In this document: positions 10,401 to 20,339 of the stretch, piece by piece
Layout: every line of letters starts with the position of its first letter
Position numbering within the stretch: the stretch's first letter is position 1
Origin: a virus
Lineage: Duplodnaviria; Caudoviricetes
Length of the DNA stretch: 64,000 nt
Strand: one strand, 5' to 3'
Virus record (IMG/VR): IMGVR_UViG_3300025617_000909
Location: 347-64,346 of that record
The notes under the pieces: generated by a model
Database searches by the model: none
The model's input: only the letters and a program-made list of their open reading frames with translations
Told to the model about the DNA's origin: nothing
Program-made: the position numbers and the translations under genes

Positions 10401-10613
10401 TGGATGTTGTTTTAAAGATATTGCTTCTTTTCTAGTTAGATAATATATTGTTGATCTACTAGCAGGTCTTTTATCAAAAATCATTACTGATCGTTCTATT
10501 GAGGTGCCTTCGGGAATTGTTCCTGCTGTACCTAACTCATCATAAAGACGCTGAGTACCCTCGATGGTCTTAGCGGTTACGACATAACGTTTTTGTGTAA
10601 CATCTCTTCCCAT
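7485..10613 (-). CDS. Subtilisin-like (S8) serine protease with large insertion, probably virion-associated
   Basis: Catalytic motifs IIMDSDG, HAIHVMGTVGG, SSAGNG, ISGTSMASPQVAG. Confidence 0.85.
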   Translation of the reverse strand: MGRDVTQKRYVVTAKTIEGTQRLYDELGTAGTIPEGTSIERSVMIFDKRPASRSTIYYLTRKEAISLKQHPDVRSVQPLPKDMGIQPESHAVSQTANFNRTRTQNSNHKNWGLLRCVEGGNAGEWSGDNTQTITLTETGKNVDCIIMDSDGQAVGHPEFAVNTDGTGGSRVNLIDWYALYNDVVQGQAGSNYVYGQYTSGNYHAIHVMGTVGGNTQGWARDANLYNLFYYAGDVGDTTFPYVYDYVREFHKQKNINPDTGVKNPTIVNSSWGMSIFPNRWSFSDITAVTYRGTRYTSTLGASSFKGFNGIYDSSSDSSLAGFNYNAGNGLEADWVSFDCSTSGTETPGNREGTLNPFPSGGWDGGSGWTVSGGTRAYLNDSRKVATTNIVRVQTLPQGGTRYGDFTVDIIQDISYATPTDTVSLDIKVEIRDPDNILVATYTDGIYTGVSVNARIEESFTVNKDGTYTVTITTNYSIEPNPNCTFDSLIDVTLNVTQDTTPAATATRTANGQSNVSIASVSDLTASTSPTTGTNDDGYWTLNLPFNVNFLSESYSTIYVGTNGYITFGGGSTDEPIYFASNIPYPKIMIASGNASTNGASSDTSCQRIYYGTESSGVYSTPVNTYSFTAINNSNTTWAINGTDRSGAVSGDSATVNCIVGDTIQFTNNANFAHPLYIKTVQGNGTSNQVSGATNQGGYGGTVISWTPTAAGTYYYQCGSHSSMNGQIIVGENTTTDYYRIVFEGDASSSGTLGSPGIRWEVRFDESNLDDFRVTIEQNNNIHTSIVPFTTAELNDFGFIANKRIPVPVDALDGDIEDAIDEGIINVSSAGNGQWYHALPGDQDWDNTFEMGNRYPDSVDFPYYYMRGSSPGRYDTTATGGFDLPTIVVGAVGDYDTLGDSPASYSDRGPGVTIWAPGTYIQSGYTSASSYADPRNGTYRVAKISGTSMASPQVAGVIACLCETYPEMTCEEARALIVNLAEKDSLSDTDSGNYEDIGALLGAPNLMLRYIQQRKAQGNTFPKRNFKARPSSGVTYPRPQIRR

Positions 10614-10617
10614 GCTA

Positions 10618-11874
10618 CTACGCCTCCATTTGAATTAATGTAAGAGTAACAGTGATTGTTGTTGTGCTTCCTGATTTATTCTTTACTGCTATTGGTATAT
10701 CTGTTGTAACTGGACTTTCATTATTGAATCCCATAACTGCCGGACTGATCAATATTGTGTCTGCTCCTGTTGTAATAATTTCTGCCACAACACCTGCTCC
10801 TGGCGCAGGATCTGTTGTTTCTCCTCTAGAAGCATCTGCTGTTCTACTTGCTTGATCTGTATAAATTCTAACCCATGACGCAGTGTCTACTTGAATTTTT
10901 AATAACATGTAGGCACTAAATGCTCCTTGTACAGTTGTATTTCCAACAACACCATCAGCAATACTTGATGTAGATGCTGACTTGGTAGTTCTTGTTCCGA
11001 GTCCTGTACCAGACCCTCCGCCAGATACAACACCTGGTTCCCATTGTCCATTTGAATCGCTCCAAACAAGAGCCTCACCGTCTTGCGCACCAATTCGATC
11101 TAGTTTACTTGTGTTTAATACACCGTGTAATCCATCTACTAATACACCCGAGCTGTCGTCTGAATAAACACTACCTACTACATCGCCGTCTAAGTTACCA
11201 ATAACATTACCAGTTAAATCACCAGTTACATCGCCGTCAACATTACCTGTTACATTACCTGTTACATTACCTGTAAGTGTAGCATTAAGTGTTCCATTAA
11301 TTGTAGTAGTATTTCCTGCCTTGCCGATAGTAACATTACCGGTTGTGGCACCAGTGCCAATGTCTACGGTTCCGCCAACAGCGCCGTCTATATCTACACC
11401 CGCAGTTGAAGTTATATTGATCCCACTATCGTTTACAGTTACAGATCCTGACGAGTCATCACCTAACACTACACTGCCGCTTGTGCCTCTATAGATGTTT
11501 AGTGCTGTACTTGCTCTGCCTTGTACAGTAGTTGTAACAACTTCTGTGTTTTCAACATCTCCAACAATTTTACCTTCAGTTCCGTCAACCATCATTGCTG
11601 ATGTTTGAGCAAAAACAGAACCTGTGAGGTCTGTTTCAATTGCTCCGACTGACATGTTATTTGCGTAAATGTTATCCCATCTCTGTGTTGGAGTACCTAA
11701 GTCAAAAGTACCAACAATGTTAGGAGTAATATCTTGAGATATGTTTTGTAATACACCAGTTGTTGCCTGAGAACTAACAAAAGTAAAGTTATCATCAACT
11801 ACCTTCAATGTTTCGTTTACTTTATCCCAGGTTAGTGGGTGGTTAGTTGAATTGTAAAGTGTTGTTAATGCCAT
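10618..11874 (-). CDS. Tail fibre-like virion protein
   Basis: G/T/V-rich with GNVTG repeats; DLGTPTQRWDNIY motif resembles NLGSSTKRWNVAH in 5336-6757. Confidence 0.65.
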   Translation of the reverse strand: MALTTLYNSTNHPLTWDKVNETLKVVDDNFTFVSSQATTGVLQNISQDITPNIVGTFDLGTPTQRWDNIYANNMSVGAIETDLTGSVFAQTSAMMVDGTEGKIVGDVENTEVVTTTVQGRASTALNIYRGTSGSVVLGDDSSGSVTVNDSGINITSTAGVDIDGAVGGTVDIGTGATTGNVTIGKAGNTTTINGTLNATLTGNVTGNVTGNVDGDVTGDLTGNVIGNLDGDVVGSVYSDDSSGVLVDGLHGVLNTSKLDRIGAQDGEALVWSDSNGQWEPGVVSGGGSGTGLGTRTTKSASTSSIADGVVGNTTVQGAFSAYMLLKIQVDTASWVRIYTDQASRTADASRGETTDPAPGAGVVAEIITTGADTILISPAVMGFNNESPVTTDIPIAVKNKSGSTTTITVTLTLIQMEA

Positions 11875-14800
11875 TATAGTCTCCCCACCGCTACTTCAAT
11901 TAATCCTATCCTATCATCATTGTAAGGTTCAATAGCCTTACCGATGATTGTTCCAGGAGTTGCTGTGTCTTTCACACTCATAGCAACACCAGGTATTGAA
12001 CTTGACACAATCAAATCTCCCTTTTCAATTTTTCCTACAACTTTACATGGTACACGACCTTGTAATGCTATACAAACTTTTTCTCCAGGACAATCATTGT
12101 TCATAATGTATGCCGCTTGTTCACTAACTACGCCTGCTACTTTAGTAGTTGCTTCTGCGTTTGAAACAGTAACTTCTTTGTCACCACCAAACATCATTAC
12201 AGTACCTCTATCGTATTGCTTGTCACCTTCGTAGTATTCTGCTAAGTCAGCCCATGTTGCTTTAAATTGGCTAGAACCTCTCAAGCTCCATACACCTTGT
12301 ACTTCGCCTGAGTTTGTTTCTGAACCTGTTGTTAAAAGGCCGCCATCGCCTACGTCGATAATACCAGCACTACCACCAGCTGATCTAAATTCGTGTGTTC
12401 TCGCTAGATACTGTGTGAAGTTGTCTGCCGCTACATCGCTGTATTGCATTTTAATTGATACAGCACCGGATCCATCTTTAACAACAGTGTAATACGAATT
12501 ATCTGCCGCGGAGTTTTCGTGCTTGCTTATAACTGTAGTTGTGGAAGCACCGTAGGTCATTCTTAAACCTTCTTGTGGAGTTCCACTTAATACACCATCA
12601 CTAACATTAATAGTAATACTACCGTCTGCTGTAATATTTTCAAATCCTGATGTGCCAGCAAAAGACGCCGCACCATTAGTGTCTCTTCTCACAAATGTTT
12701 CTGCTGTATCAGCACTAGTAAACTCAATTGTGCCAAAAGCCGCCGCTGTGTTGCCAGCACTTTGTCTTACCATTACACCTACGGTTGGGAAGTCTGGGCG
12801 ACGACAGCCTAAGCCATCATCAACGATTGTACTAGCATCAATTGGAACTGGAGGTCCGTCAATTGATTGACCTGGAGTACCTGGAGTATCTCGTCTAGCA
12901 AGTACTCTAGTATTTGTTGTAGCCAGCGCCTGGTTGTCTGTTAGATCGATTGCTGTAACATCAATGTGTTTTAGTTTTTCAAATCCAATACCATCATAGT
13001 ACGCACCAGATCTCTTGTTATTGGTTGAACTCTTAAGATCTAAGTAACCGTTGTTTAATGTAAACACTAGATCATTTGCGCCGCCTAGTAATCCATAATG
13101 TCTCATGACAGCATTAACACTTAATGATCCGCCTCCGGAAGTGTCTGCTGGAATTCTAAATGTATTGTTTGTTACATTTGTTGCTTTCCAATCGCCATTG
13201 ATTGCTGTAACAACAGTTTCGCCTGAAATAACAACAGCATCGCCTTCGGTAATGCCATGATTAATATCTGTAGTGATTGTTGTATAATCGTCTCCGGCAC
13301 CAGGTGATGTTTCTGCTGTGTACACATAAGCAGTAATTGTAATTCCATCTGGTTCAATAGCTCTAGCATTGTTCATTTTTAATTTGTGTTGTTCAATGCC
13401 AGCATCATAGTTAACGTCTGCGTTAACAATAACATTATCGTTAATTGTAGCAACAATTTGCGGATCAGGATAGTTAGTTACTGTCGGAGTAATTGGATCT
13501 TGTACTCCAGCCGCATTTTGTTGGAATGTAAATGTCAATGCTCCGACAACAGTTGCGTTTGAAAACTCACTAGATCCATTAGATGTAAATGCTAAAATAT
13601 CAGCACTTTCGATATAACTGTAATCTGGTTGTCTTCTAAGAGTATCACTGTCTGGTCTTGCTTCATACATCCAGCCTTCTGGAGCATCTTGAAGATTACC
13701 CATCTTCATATATGCTTTTCTAACAGCATCAGCTTCTCCCTCGATACCTACTTCAGGATCAGGAAGGTTCTTGATGCGTTCATCCCTCATTGTGATAGGA
13801 CCTTTCATTTCCAAAGATCCATCAAGTGGTAAGTAGCCTGGGCCAATTAGTACAGTTTGTTCTCCACCTTCGTGTGTTAAACCTAATCGTCTATCAATAT
13901 ATCCTCTAATAGCCGCTTCGGTTGGAAGTGCTTGGTTACTTGCTTCACCAGCACCGCCCATTGTAACATCGCCGGTAAATTCACTTACTGTTTCACCAGC
14001 CGCAAGTCTTAAACTTGTAATACCTTGTAAGTCAATCTTAGCATCAAGTGTAACCTTACCAGTACCTTGGTCAACAGCAAAGAAGTTACCTACTCTGAAG
14101 TTACCTGACTGATCTGATGAAACCCAAAATACTCGTCCAGTTCCTTTTTCAACTGCTTCGTTTGATTGTAATGGAACATTATTTGGAGGTCCAAAGATGT
14201 TTGATGGATAGTTAGTATCTGCGTATGATCCAGTACCAATGTCTAAGAAATCATGTCCTGTTGCTCTCATAGTTGAGATATTAACAGTAACTTCACCTAC
14301 TGCTCCTGCTCTCAAACCTGCTTTGAGCTGTAGGAATTCTATACTATCTTCAAATGCTTGAGTAGATCCGCCAAACAATTCAACAGTACCACTTGTAGCG
14401 GCCGCACCAAACGCACTACCGTCTGCTTTAGTAGTTAATGACTCGTCAGTATATAATACAAATGTGTTTGATGTAACATCACCTGCGTAATACAAACCAT
14501 TAAAGTTTGAATTGTCAGCACTAGTAATTCTAATTTGTCTACCTGGACGCAAGTCAAGTGTGCCTGAAACAGTTACAGTGATTGTAGTTGCCGCAGTAGC
14601 ACCTGTTATTGTGTAGCTTCTGTTTACTAGTGTTTCATTTGAATCTGTTACGTTTCTAAATTTAACAACACCGTAACCTGAAACTCGTGTGCCGCCATCT
14701 AAAATATCAACTTCGTCGTAGCCTGTAATTTCATAAATGCTGTCTTTGTAACCAAAGATCATGCCGCCTGTGCTTACAGAACTACCGTCATAGATTACAT

Positions 14801-17800
14801 AGCCTGTAGATCTTTTTGTAAGTCTTGCCGCATCAACTGGATCAAGTGACTGAACTGTTATAGAATCATCACCTAAACCGTTAGCCCATGTTGGCGGAGT
14901 AAATCCTGACGTGTCTGCTAGTTTTAAGTTTAGGTTAACATACGGAAAACCGTCTTTGGTAGTAATTACTTGATCGTATTGTACAGCATCTGTTCCTGTA
15001 AAGCCATTGAATGACAATACACGAATAACTGCGTCATCAATACCAGCACTTTCATCAAATACTAGTGCTGTTGAAGGTCTTGTACTTACTACTTGAACTT
15101 TGTCAGCAATTACATATTCTTCAAATACTCGAACAACAACTTCTTTACCCGCAGGAATGTCAGCGGCTAGTCCGCCTTCATTAAAGTCTTGGTCGATATT
15201 ACATTCATACACACCGTCTGGTAATCCTGAATCTGAAACTGCTGAGATTTTGTAGAATCTATTACCAACAGTTGTGTTTGTACCGCCTGCTACTTTTGGA
15301 TCATTAGAGTGATCTACTTCAATGAAGCATCCTGGGAATGGAGGATAACTTACTGAATCGATGAATATTCTTGTACCGGCTTTATCGTTAACAAATTCAA
15401 TCGGACGATCTTCATATACTCTAGCAATCTGAATAGTTGGAAACTTTAGGCTTACTCTATCAGGTACTTCGTTTGGATCAGCACCTTCTGATCGTAAACC
15501 ATAAACACCATGTGCTGACGATCCGTTTAATGATCTAATCTGCGCACCATTGAGAGCATAATAAGCATTATAACAATAGTACGTAAACATTGATACTGAT
15601 TCTACCAAGCCGTTGTTTGTAGCAAATACACCGTAACCCATATCGTTTACCTGTGTAAAGTCATTGCCCAACATTGACTTGTTACCTGGAGTTGTTAATG
15701 TAATTTTTCCTCCTGGTAGTTCATTATACGGCGTATCGAGAACACACTCATACAACGGATAAATGTTTGGAATACCTGTTGAGTCTCCAAGTGCTTGATA
15801 TGATTGTCCTGCTTGTGCTTCGTCGCCTGCCACTAGTGATTTAATATAACCAGTTGCTGTGTTAATTGAAGCAGTAATACCAGCATTAGTGAGATCTTGT
15901 GATGTTAAACTTAAATCTTGTTCAATGTGATAATTTAATGTATGAGTTGATCCAGTACCGGTGTCAACACCAAAGTCAATTTCAAACTCACTGCCTGGAT
16001 CTCTTTCTTGTGCTCTAACAAGGTCTAATGTATCATAAAGTTTGAATCGATTTGCGTCTACAACAAAAGCATAATAGATTCCATCGTTGACTAATCTAGT
16101 ACCACCTGACAGTCCAATGGAAGTTCCACCGCCATTTGAATATTGTAATCTATTACCAGTTTTAAACCCGTGGTTTGTAATTGTAAATTCATTTGATACA
16201 AGATCAAGTACAGATGTTGGGTCAAAAGTCTGTCCAACAAACACACCACTTGGTGTTTGGTTGCTGATAATTTCAATTGCTCTAGATCTAATATGTTCGA
16301 TAGCATCAATAGTTGCCGGCAATTGATTCACTAACTGTGGATCGCCTTCTGATGGAATAAGTTTTTTACCTGCTCTGTAATAACTATAACCTGCTCTGAT
16401 TGAGTTGTTATAATACCCTTGTTCTAGATCACTAACGCCAGCATTAGGAGCGATACCAAACAAGTCGATACTCAATCCATCGATAATAAATCCTGAATCT
16501 CTAAAACAAGTGTCAACATTATAATCCAAATTAGGATAGTTTACGGCAAGATAACCTATAGTATCTGCTTGAATAAATTCTTTGTTGGCTTGTAGCAATG
16601 CTTTAGCAGTGTACATTTTTTCACCGTAGCGAATAATATTTGCTACGATATCAAACGCATTAATAACTACCTGCTCAGCACCGTTTAATTCGGCACCAGT
16701 AATTGATTGTATTTTTGTTTGAGCAACAGTACCTAATGCGTTCCATGTATTTTGTCTAACAACAGTGATAGCAATTTCTTTGGCTTTATCAATACTTGTA
16801 GCAGTTTCTGTTACTTGTCCTGCTACAACAGTTAATCCGCCTGAGAAGTATAATCTACCTGCTCTTGTTGATTCCTCATAACCGCCATATAACACATCAT
16901 GTACAACGGCGTCAACAATCAATCCAACATCACGTCTACATTTGTCTTCATCAAACTGTGTAAAGTTCTGTGTTGCGATCCATTGTAAAACTTCTTCTTG
17001 GATGAATGATCTGTTCTGTTCAAGAAGTACTTTAGCATCAAAGAATGCTGTTTCAATTCTGTTGGTTAATGTAATCCTGTAGATGTTTTCACCGATATTA
17101 AACGATGTTGGAAGCTGTGGTTCACGTTGTAAGCCACCAATAATAACTTTATTTGGATTACCGCCTTCTGGATTTCTTGTTAATGGATTAGTTTCTTCGT
17201 CTCTGTAAAGTAAGATACCGTCTAGGTTACCCACAAAGCCATCAACAAACTGTCCACCGTGGAATGCTTTTGCGTTAATACTCTTAGCAAAAGAAGAACC
17301 TGTTTGACAATAAGGCGATTTTGAATTAATTTGGTTGTTTGGATCTAACACCATCATAAAGCCGCCGTGTCCTTGAACACTGACGTTTCTCACAATAGTG
17401 GCATCGCCACACAAGAACACATCCATTTCGTCGTTGTTCTTAGGTTGACTTGAGAAGTCTAATGGGTCAGTTAGGTAATGATAACCGAAATCGTAAGGTG
17501 TAACTGTTAGACCATCAATAACTGTATCTCTACGGAAGAATACTCTTGACCAAATACTTTCTGATACGCCTTGTTTTGGACGTATAATAGAACGTCTAAA
17601 TTCATCACCACGTAATGAAACATTTGGTGCTAGCCTAATTGGAAAATGTTCGTAGTAGATACCAGTCTCTACCTGGATTGTTATCTGAACATCTTGCGCA
17701 GGATCGCCATACTGAATAACTTCTCCAGTTTGGAAAGTACCTTGTAATAGTTCTACTTCAAAAATCTCTCTACCTTGAGCATCTATATCAGCATCATGTG

Positions 17801-19226
17801 AAATAATCTTAGCAATAGCGTTAGAATCAAAACCTCTTAGTAGCTGACCTTCTCTTAAATCATCAGTAAAATCAGTTCCAAGCCCGCTAGTTTCTAACAA
17901 CATTCGTGGTAAGAAGATAGTAACGGTTGGAATACCGGTATATCCGGTGCCTTCTCTGAGAACATTAATTTCTTTAATCTCTCCAGCAATCTCAACAGTG
18001 CTTGCTTCTGCGCCAGCGCCACCACCACCAGCAAAAATAACTGATGCGCTACCATAATTACTACCACCAGCAGTTACAAGAACTCTGGCAACCGCATACT
18101 TTATATTAAATGTAGCAGTACCACTGCCGCTTGTTGAAACAATGTGTGCAACTTGTGTAATGTCTGCTGGAAGTGTGCTGTAAATACCTGGATTTACAAT
18201 AGCAACTTGTGTAATAGATCCAGCAAAGTCTTTAGCAACAACTCTGATAACTGCCGGTTCAACAGCAATACCACCAGTGAGTGTTAGTTCTGTGCCAATT
18301 TCATAAGCAGTACCGCCTGAAACAATTTCAATATCAATTGTTTCGTCAAGTTTCATCTCAACAGTACCAGTAGCACCTGATCCTGACAATGGTGATTGAA
18401 TTAATGCTTCGAGAGTACAATCTTGTGTACCATTGTTATAAGTTAAAGTTTTCTGATAAGGTCCTAGTTCTACAGGAGCAGAAGTTACAAGTTGTTCAGC
18501 AATGGCAGCCGCTTTAGCGATTGACCTAAATGCTGTAGATGGTGAACGTCCTTGTTGGCTTACTGGAATATCTGTTCGATCATCGGAACCATTTGTAGCA
18601 ACATATAAGTTATTGGCAGAGATAAACGTTTTACTGTCAACGTATGATTTTGTAGAAGCAATTAATCCGCCGTAGTTTACATCATCTGAGTCAATTGGGT
18701 TACGTGAAAGAATGAGTGGGCCACTCATTGTACCCCAATCTGGTTCAATATTACCGTTTTCGTCAAGTGCGTCAACACCTGCTAAGGAGATTTTACCATC
18801 AACGTAGCCTTTTGTTGCCGCATCATCATCTAATTGTGCTTCTGCTAGCGAAGTAATACGTTTATTGTTCGCATCCATATCGTTAGCAAGAGTTGGGTCT
18901 GGATCGTTAATAAGTGCTGATGCTAATGAACTGAATTTAATAACACCTGGGACACTTTGATCGATAATGATTGTTTCGTTACTATCAAGTTTAGCGAATT
19001 TAATCTGTTCGCTATCAGCATCAACAAACAGAATTTTGTTATCATCTTCAGTTCTGTATGAATTTTGCTCAACATCGTCGAGCCCGATAAAACTTAGGGC
19101 ACCGCCTAAGCCTAAAACTGCGTATAATTCACCAAAGTTATCATTAACTTTGGAAAACGAATCGCGTATGCTATCACCGGTGCCGTCGTTGCCCTCAACA
19201 CCGATATTAATCTCTTTTCTTGCCAT
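11874..19226 (-). CDS. Very large virion/tail protein (2450 aa): gp9/gp10-like N-terminus, C-terminal intramolecular chaperone-like domain
   Basis: INIGVEGNDGTGDSIRDSF N-terminus; C-terminal WADLAEYY...IALQGRVPCKVVG...GTIIGKA. Confidence 0.75.
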   Translation of the reverse strand: MARKEINIGVEGNDGTGDSIRDSFSKVNDNFGELYAVLGLGGALSFIGLDDVEQNSYRTEDDNKILFVDADSEQIKFAKLDSNETIIIDQSVPGVIKFSSLASALINDPDPTLANDMDANNKRITSLAEAQLDDDAATKGYVDGKISLAGVDALDENGNIEPDWGTMSGPLILSRNPIDSDDVNYGGLIASTKSYVDSKTFISANNLYVATNGSDDRTDIPVSQQGRSPSTAFRSIAKAAAIAEQLVTSAPVELGPYQKTLTYNNGTQDCTLEALIQSPLSGSGATGTVEMKLDETIDIEIVSGGTAYEIGTELTLTGGIAVEPAVIRVVAKDFAGSITQVAIVNPGIYSTLPADITQVAHIVSTSGSGTATFNIKYAVARVLVTAGGSNYGSASVIFAGGGGAGAEASTVEIAGEIKEINVLREGTGYTGIPTVTIFLPRMLLETSGLGTDFTDDLREGQLLRGFDSNAIAKIISHDADIDAQGREIFEVELLQGTFQTGEVIQYGDPAQDVQITIQVETGIYYEHFPIRLAPNVSLRGDEFRRSIIRPKQGVSESIWSRVFFRRDTVIDGLTVTPYDFGYHYLTDPLDFSSQPKNNDEMDVFLCGDATIVRNVSVQGHGGFMMVLDPNNQINSKSPYCQTGSSFAKSINAKAFHGGQFVDGFVGNLDGILLYRDEETNPLTRNPEGGNPNKVIIGGLQREPQLPTSFNIGENIYRITLTNRIETAFFDAKVLLEQNRSFIQEEVLQWIATQNFTQFDEDKCRRDVGLIVDAVVHDVLYGGYEESTRAGRLYFSGGLTVVAGQVTETATSIDKAKEIAITVVRQNTWNALGTVAQTKIQSITGAELNGAEQVVINAFDIVANIIRYGEKMYTAKALLQANKEFIQADTIGYLAVNYPNLDYNVDTCFRDSGFIIDGLSIDLFGIAPNAGVSDLEQGYYNNSIRAGYSYYRAGKKLIPSEGDPQLVNQLPATIDAIEHIRSRAIEIISNQTPSGVFVGQTFDPTSVLDLVSNEFTITNHGFKTGNRLQYSNGGGTSIGLSGGTRLVNDGIYYAFVVDANRFKLYDTLDLVRAQERDPGSEFEIDFGVDTGTGSTHTLNYHIEQDLSLTSQDLTNAGITASINTATGYIKSLVAGDEAQAGQSYQALGDSTGIPNIYPLYECVLDTPYNELPGGKITLTTPGNKSMLGNDFTQVNDMGYGVFATNNGLVESVSMFTYYCYNAYYALNGAQIRSLNGSSAHGVYGLRSEGADPNEVPDRVSLKFPTIQIARVYEDRPIEFVNDKAGTRIFIDSVSYPPFPGCFIEVDHSNDPKVAGGTNTTVGNRFYKISAVSDSGLPDGVYECNIDQDFNEGGLAADIPAGKEVVVRVFEEYVIADKVQVVSTRPSTALVFDESAGIDDAVIRVLSFNGFTGTDAVQYDQVITTKDGFPYVNLNLKLADTSGFTPPTWANGLGDDSITVQSLDPVDAARLTKRSTGYVIYDGSSVSTGGMIFGYKDSIYEITGYDEVDILDGGTRVSGYGVVKFRNVTDSNETLVNRSYTITGATAATTITVTVSGTLDLRPGRQIRITSADNSNFNGLYYAGDVTSNTFVLYTDESLTTKADGSAFGAAATSGTVELFGGSTQAFEDSIEFLQLKAGLRAGAVGEVTVNISTMRATGHDFLDIGTGSYADTNYPSNIFGPPNNVPLQSNEAVEKGTGRVFWVSSDQSGNFRVGNFFAVDQGTGKVTLDAKIDLQGITSLRLAAGETVSEFTGDVTMGGAGEASNQALPTEAAIRGYIDRRLGLTHEGGEQTVLIGPGYLPLDGSLEMKGPITMRDERIKNLPDPEVGIEGEADAVRKAYMKMGNLQDAPEGWMYEARPDSDTLRRQPDYSYIESADILAFTSNGSSEFSNATVVGALTFTFQQNAAGVQDPITPTVTNYPDPQIVATINDNVIVNADVNYDAGIEQHKLKMNNARAIEPDGITITAYVYTAETSPGAGDDYTTITTDINHGITEGDAVVISGETVVTAINGDWKATNVTNNTFRIPADTSGGGSLSVNAVMRHYGLLGGANDLVFTLNNGYLDLKSSTNNKRSGAYYDGIGFEKLKHIDVTAIDLTDNQALATTNTRVLARRDTPGTPGQSIDGPPVPIDASTIVDDGLGCRRPDFPTVGVMVRQSAGNTAAAFGTIEFTSADTAETFVRRDTNGAASFAGTSGFENITADGSITINVSDGVLSGTPQEGLRMTYGASTTTVISKHENSAADNSYYTVVKDGSGAVSIKMQYSDVAADNFTQYLARTHEFRSAGGSAGIIDVGDGGLLTTGSETNSGEVQGVWSLRGSSQFKATWADLAEYYEGDKQYDRGTVMMFGGDKEVTVSNAEATTKVAGVVSEQAAYIMNNDCPGEKVCIALQGRVPCKVVGKIEKGDLIVSSSIPGVAMSVKDTATPGTIIGKAIEPYNDDRIGLIEVAVGRL

Positions 19227-19307
19227 GTATAAACTCCAAATCTAGGATATAATGCTTCTTGTAATGATATTTATCAGAAAGTTTTATAAGCCGAATGTAA
19301 ATACTAT

Positions 19308-19595
19308 ATGTTCATTAAAGAATACATTCTAAAGAAGTTATACGAAAGACGCAGTAAACTTGGTAACATTCATCAATATTACCGTGATGTTACTATGGTT
19401 GTACTTCGATGCGATAATTGTGATCTAGAATTTGAAAGATCTAGAGGAAAAATGGATCATAGGAGGCTTAGTAACAACTATTTCCACGTGTGTAGTAACT
19501 GCGATGCTAAGAAATTTGCCCAGAGGAAAGGTGTAGAACAGAAAAAGATCTGGGATATGCCGGCTAGTTCGGATTTACCGGTGTCTAAGTACTAG
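19308..19595 (+). CDS. Hypothetical zinc-ribbon protein
   Basis: CDNC and CSNC pairs; TAAATA 4 nt before the ATG. Confidence 0.65.
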   Translation: MFIKEYILKKLYERRSKLGNIHQYYRDVTMVVLRCDNCDLEFERSRGKMDHRRLSNNYFHVCSNCDAKKFAQRKGVEQKKIWDMPASSDLPVSKY

Positions 19596-19942
19596 ACAAA
19601 TATTGAATCGTCGAAGTTAACGCTAACTCCACACCCGCAACTGCTCTTTGCATTAGGGTTATGAATGTCAAACATTGCTCCCATTATGTCTTTTTTGTAG
19701 TCGAGAACTGATCCGAACAAAAACATAATGCTTGCAGCACCAATAATTAATCTACCATTGCCACATTCAATGACTTCGTCGCCGCTTTCTACAAGGTCTT
19801 GGGTTTGAACTAGATTCCATTCGTATTCAAAACCAGCACAGCCGCCACCTTTGACATTTAATGAAACAGCAAATGCTTCATTTTCTTCACATAGTTTATT
19901 GATTTGATCCATACCGGATTCTGTGATATCACATACTGACAT
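19592..19942 (-). CDS. A-type Fe-S cluster carrier (IscA/HesB family)
   Basis: VKGGGCAGFEY and NPNAKSSCGCGVS motifs. Confidence 0.9.
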   Translation of the reverse strand: MSVCDITESGMDQINKLCEENEAFAVSLNVKGGGCAGFEYEWNLVQTQDLVESGDEVIECGNGRLIIGAASIMFLFGSVLDYKKDIMGAMFDIHNPNAKSSCGCGVSVNFDDSIFV

Positions 19943-20106
19943 TATGATTCCAATTTCTTTAGTTCGCTCATGGCATCGTTGAGTTCTTTCATTCTATCAA
20001 CGACCCATGAATCAGGAACTTTTTCCGCTTCTCCGCACTCAATTAGTTTTTCAAGATGTTCAATTCTTTCTTTGATATTCTTAACTTTTTCATCGAGGAC
20101 GGTCAT
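19942..20106 (-). CDS. Small hypothetical protein (54 aa)
   Basis: Manual translation MTVLDEKVKNIKERIEHLEKLIECG...; its stop overlaps the IscA start. Confidence 0.6.
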   Translation of the reverse strand: MTVLDEKVKNIKERIEHLEKLIECGEAEKVPDSWVVDRMKELNDAMSELKKLES

Positions 20107-20109
20107 AAC

Positions 20110-20274
20110 TTATTCGCCTTTCCAGAGTGTCCAGGCACCGTACGCAATAGCACCATAGGCTACTAAACTTGCGATAGGTTTAAAAATTAAAAACGCAATA
20201 CCAGCACCGATTAAAATAGCACCGTCTAGTGTAGTACGTTCTTTGATTCTAGCATTAATCCATTTTTGTAACAT
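20110..20274 (-). CDS. Small membrane protein (54 aa)
   Basis: MLQKWINARIKERTTLDGAILIGAGIAFLIFKPIASLVAYGAIAYGAWTLWKGE; GGAG SD. Confidence 0.65.
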   Translation of the reverse strand: MLQKWINARIKERTTLDGAILIGAGIAFLIFKPIASLVAYGAIAYGAWTLWKGE

Positions 20275-20339
20275 ATTATTCTCCAAAAAATTATCTTGCT
20301 GTAAGGATATTTAGTAAATAAAGCCACAGGAGGAAAATT

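Noticed and set aside
6090-11280. Short tandem DNA repeats (ttacctgttaca-like)
   Set aside because: They encode GNVT/GDVT fibre repeats with synonymous variation; not CRISPR or a regulatory array
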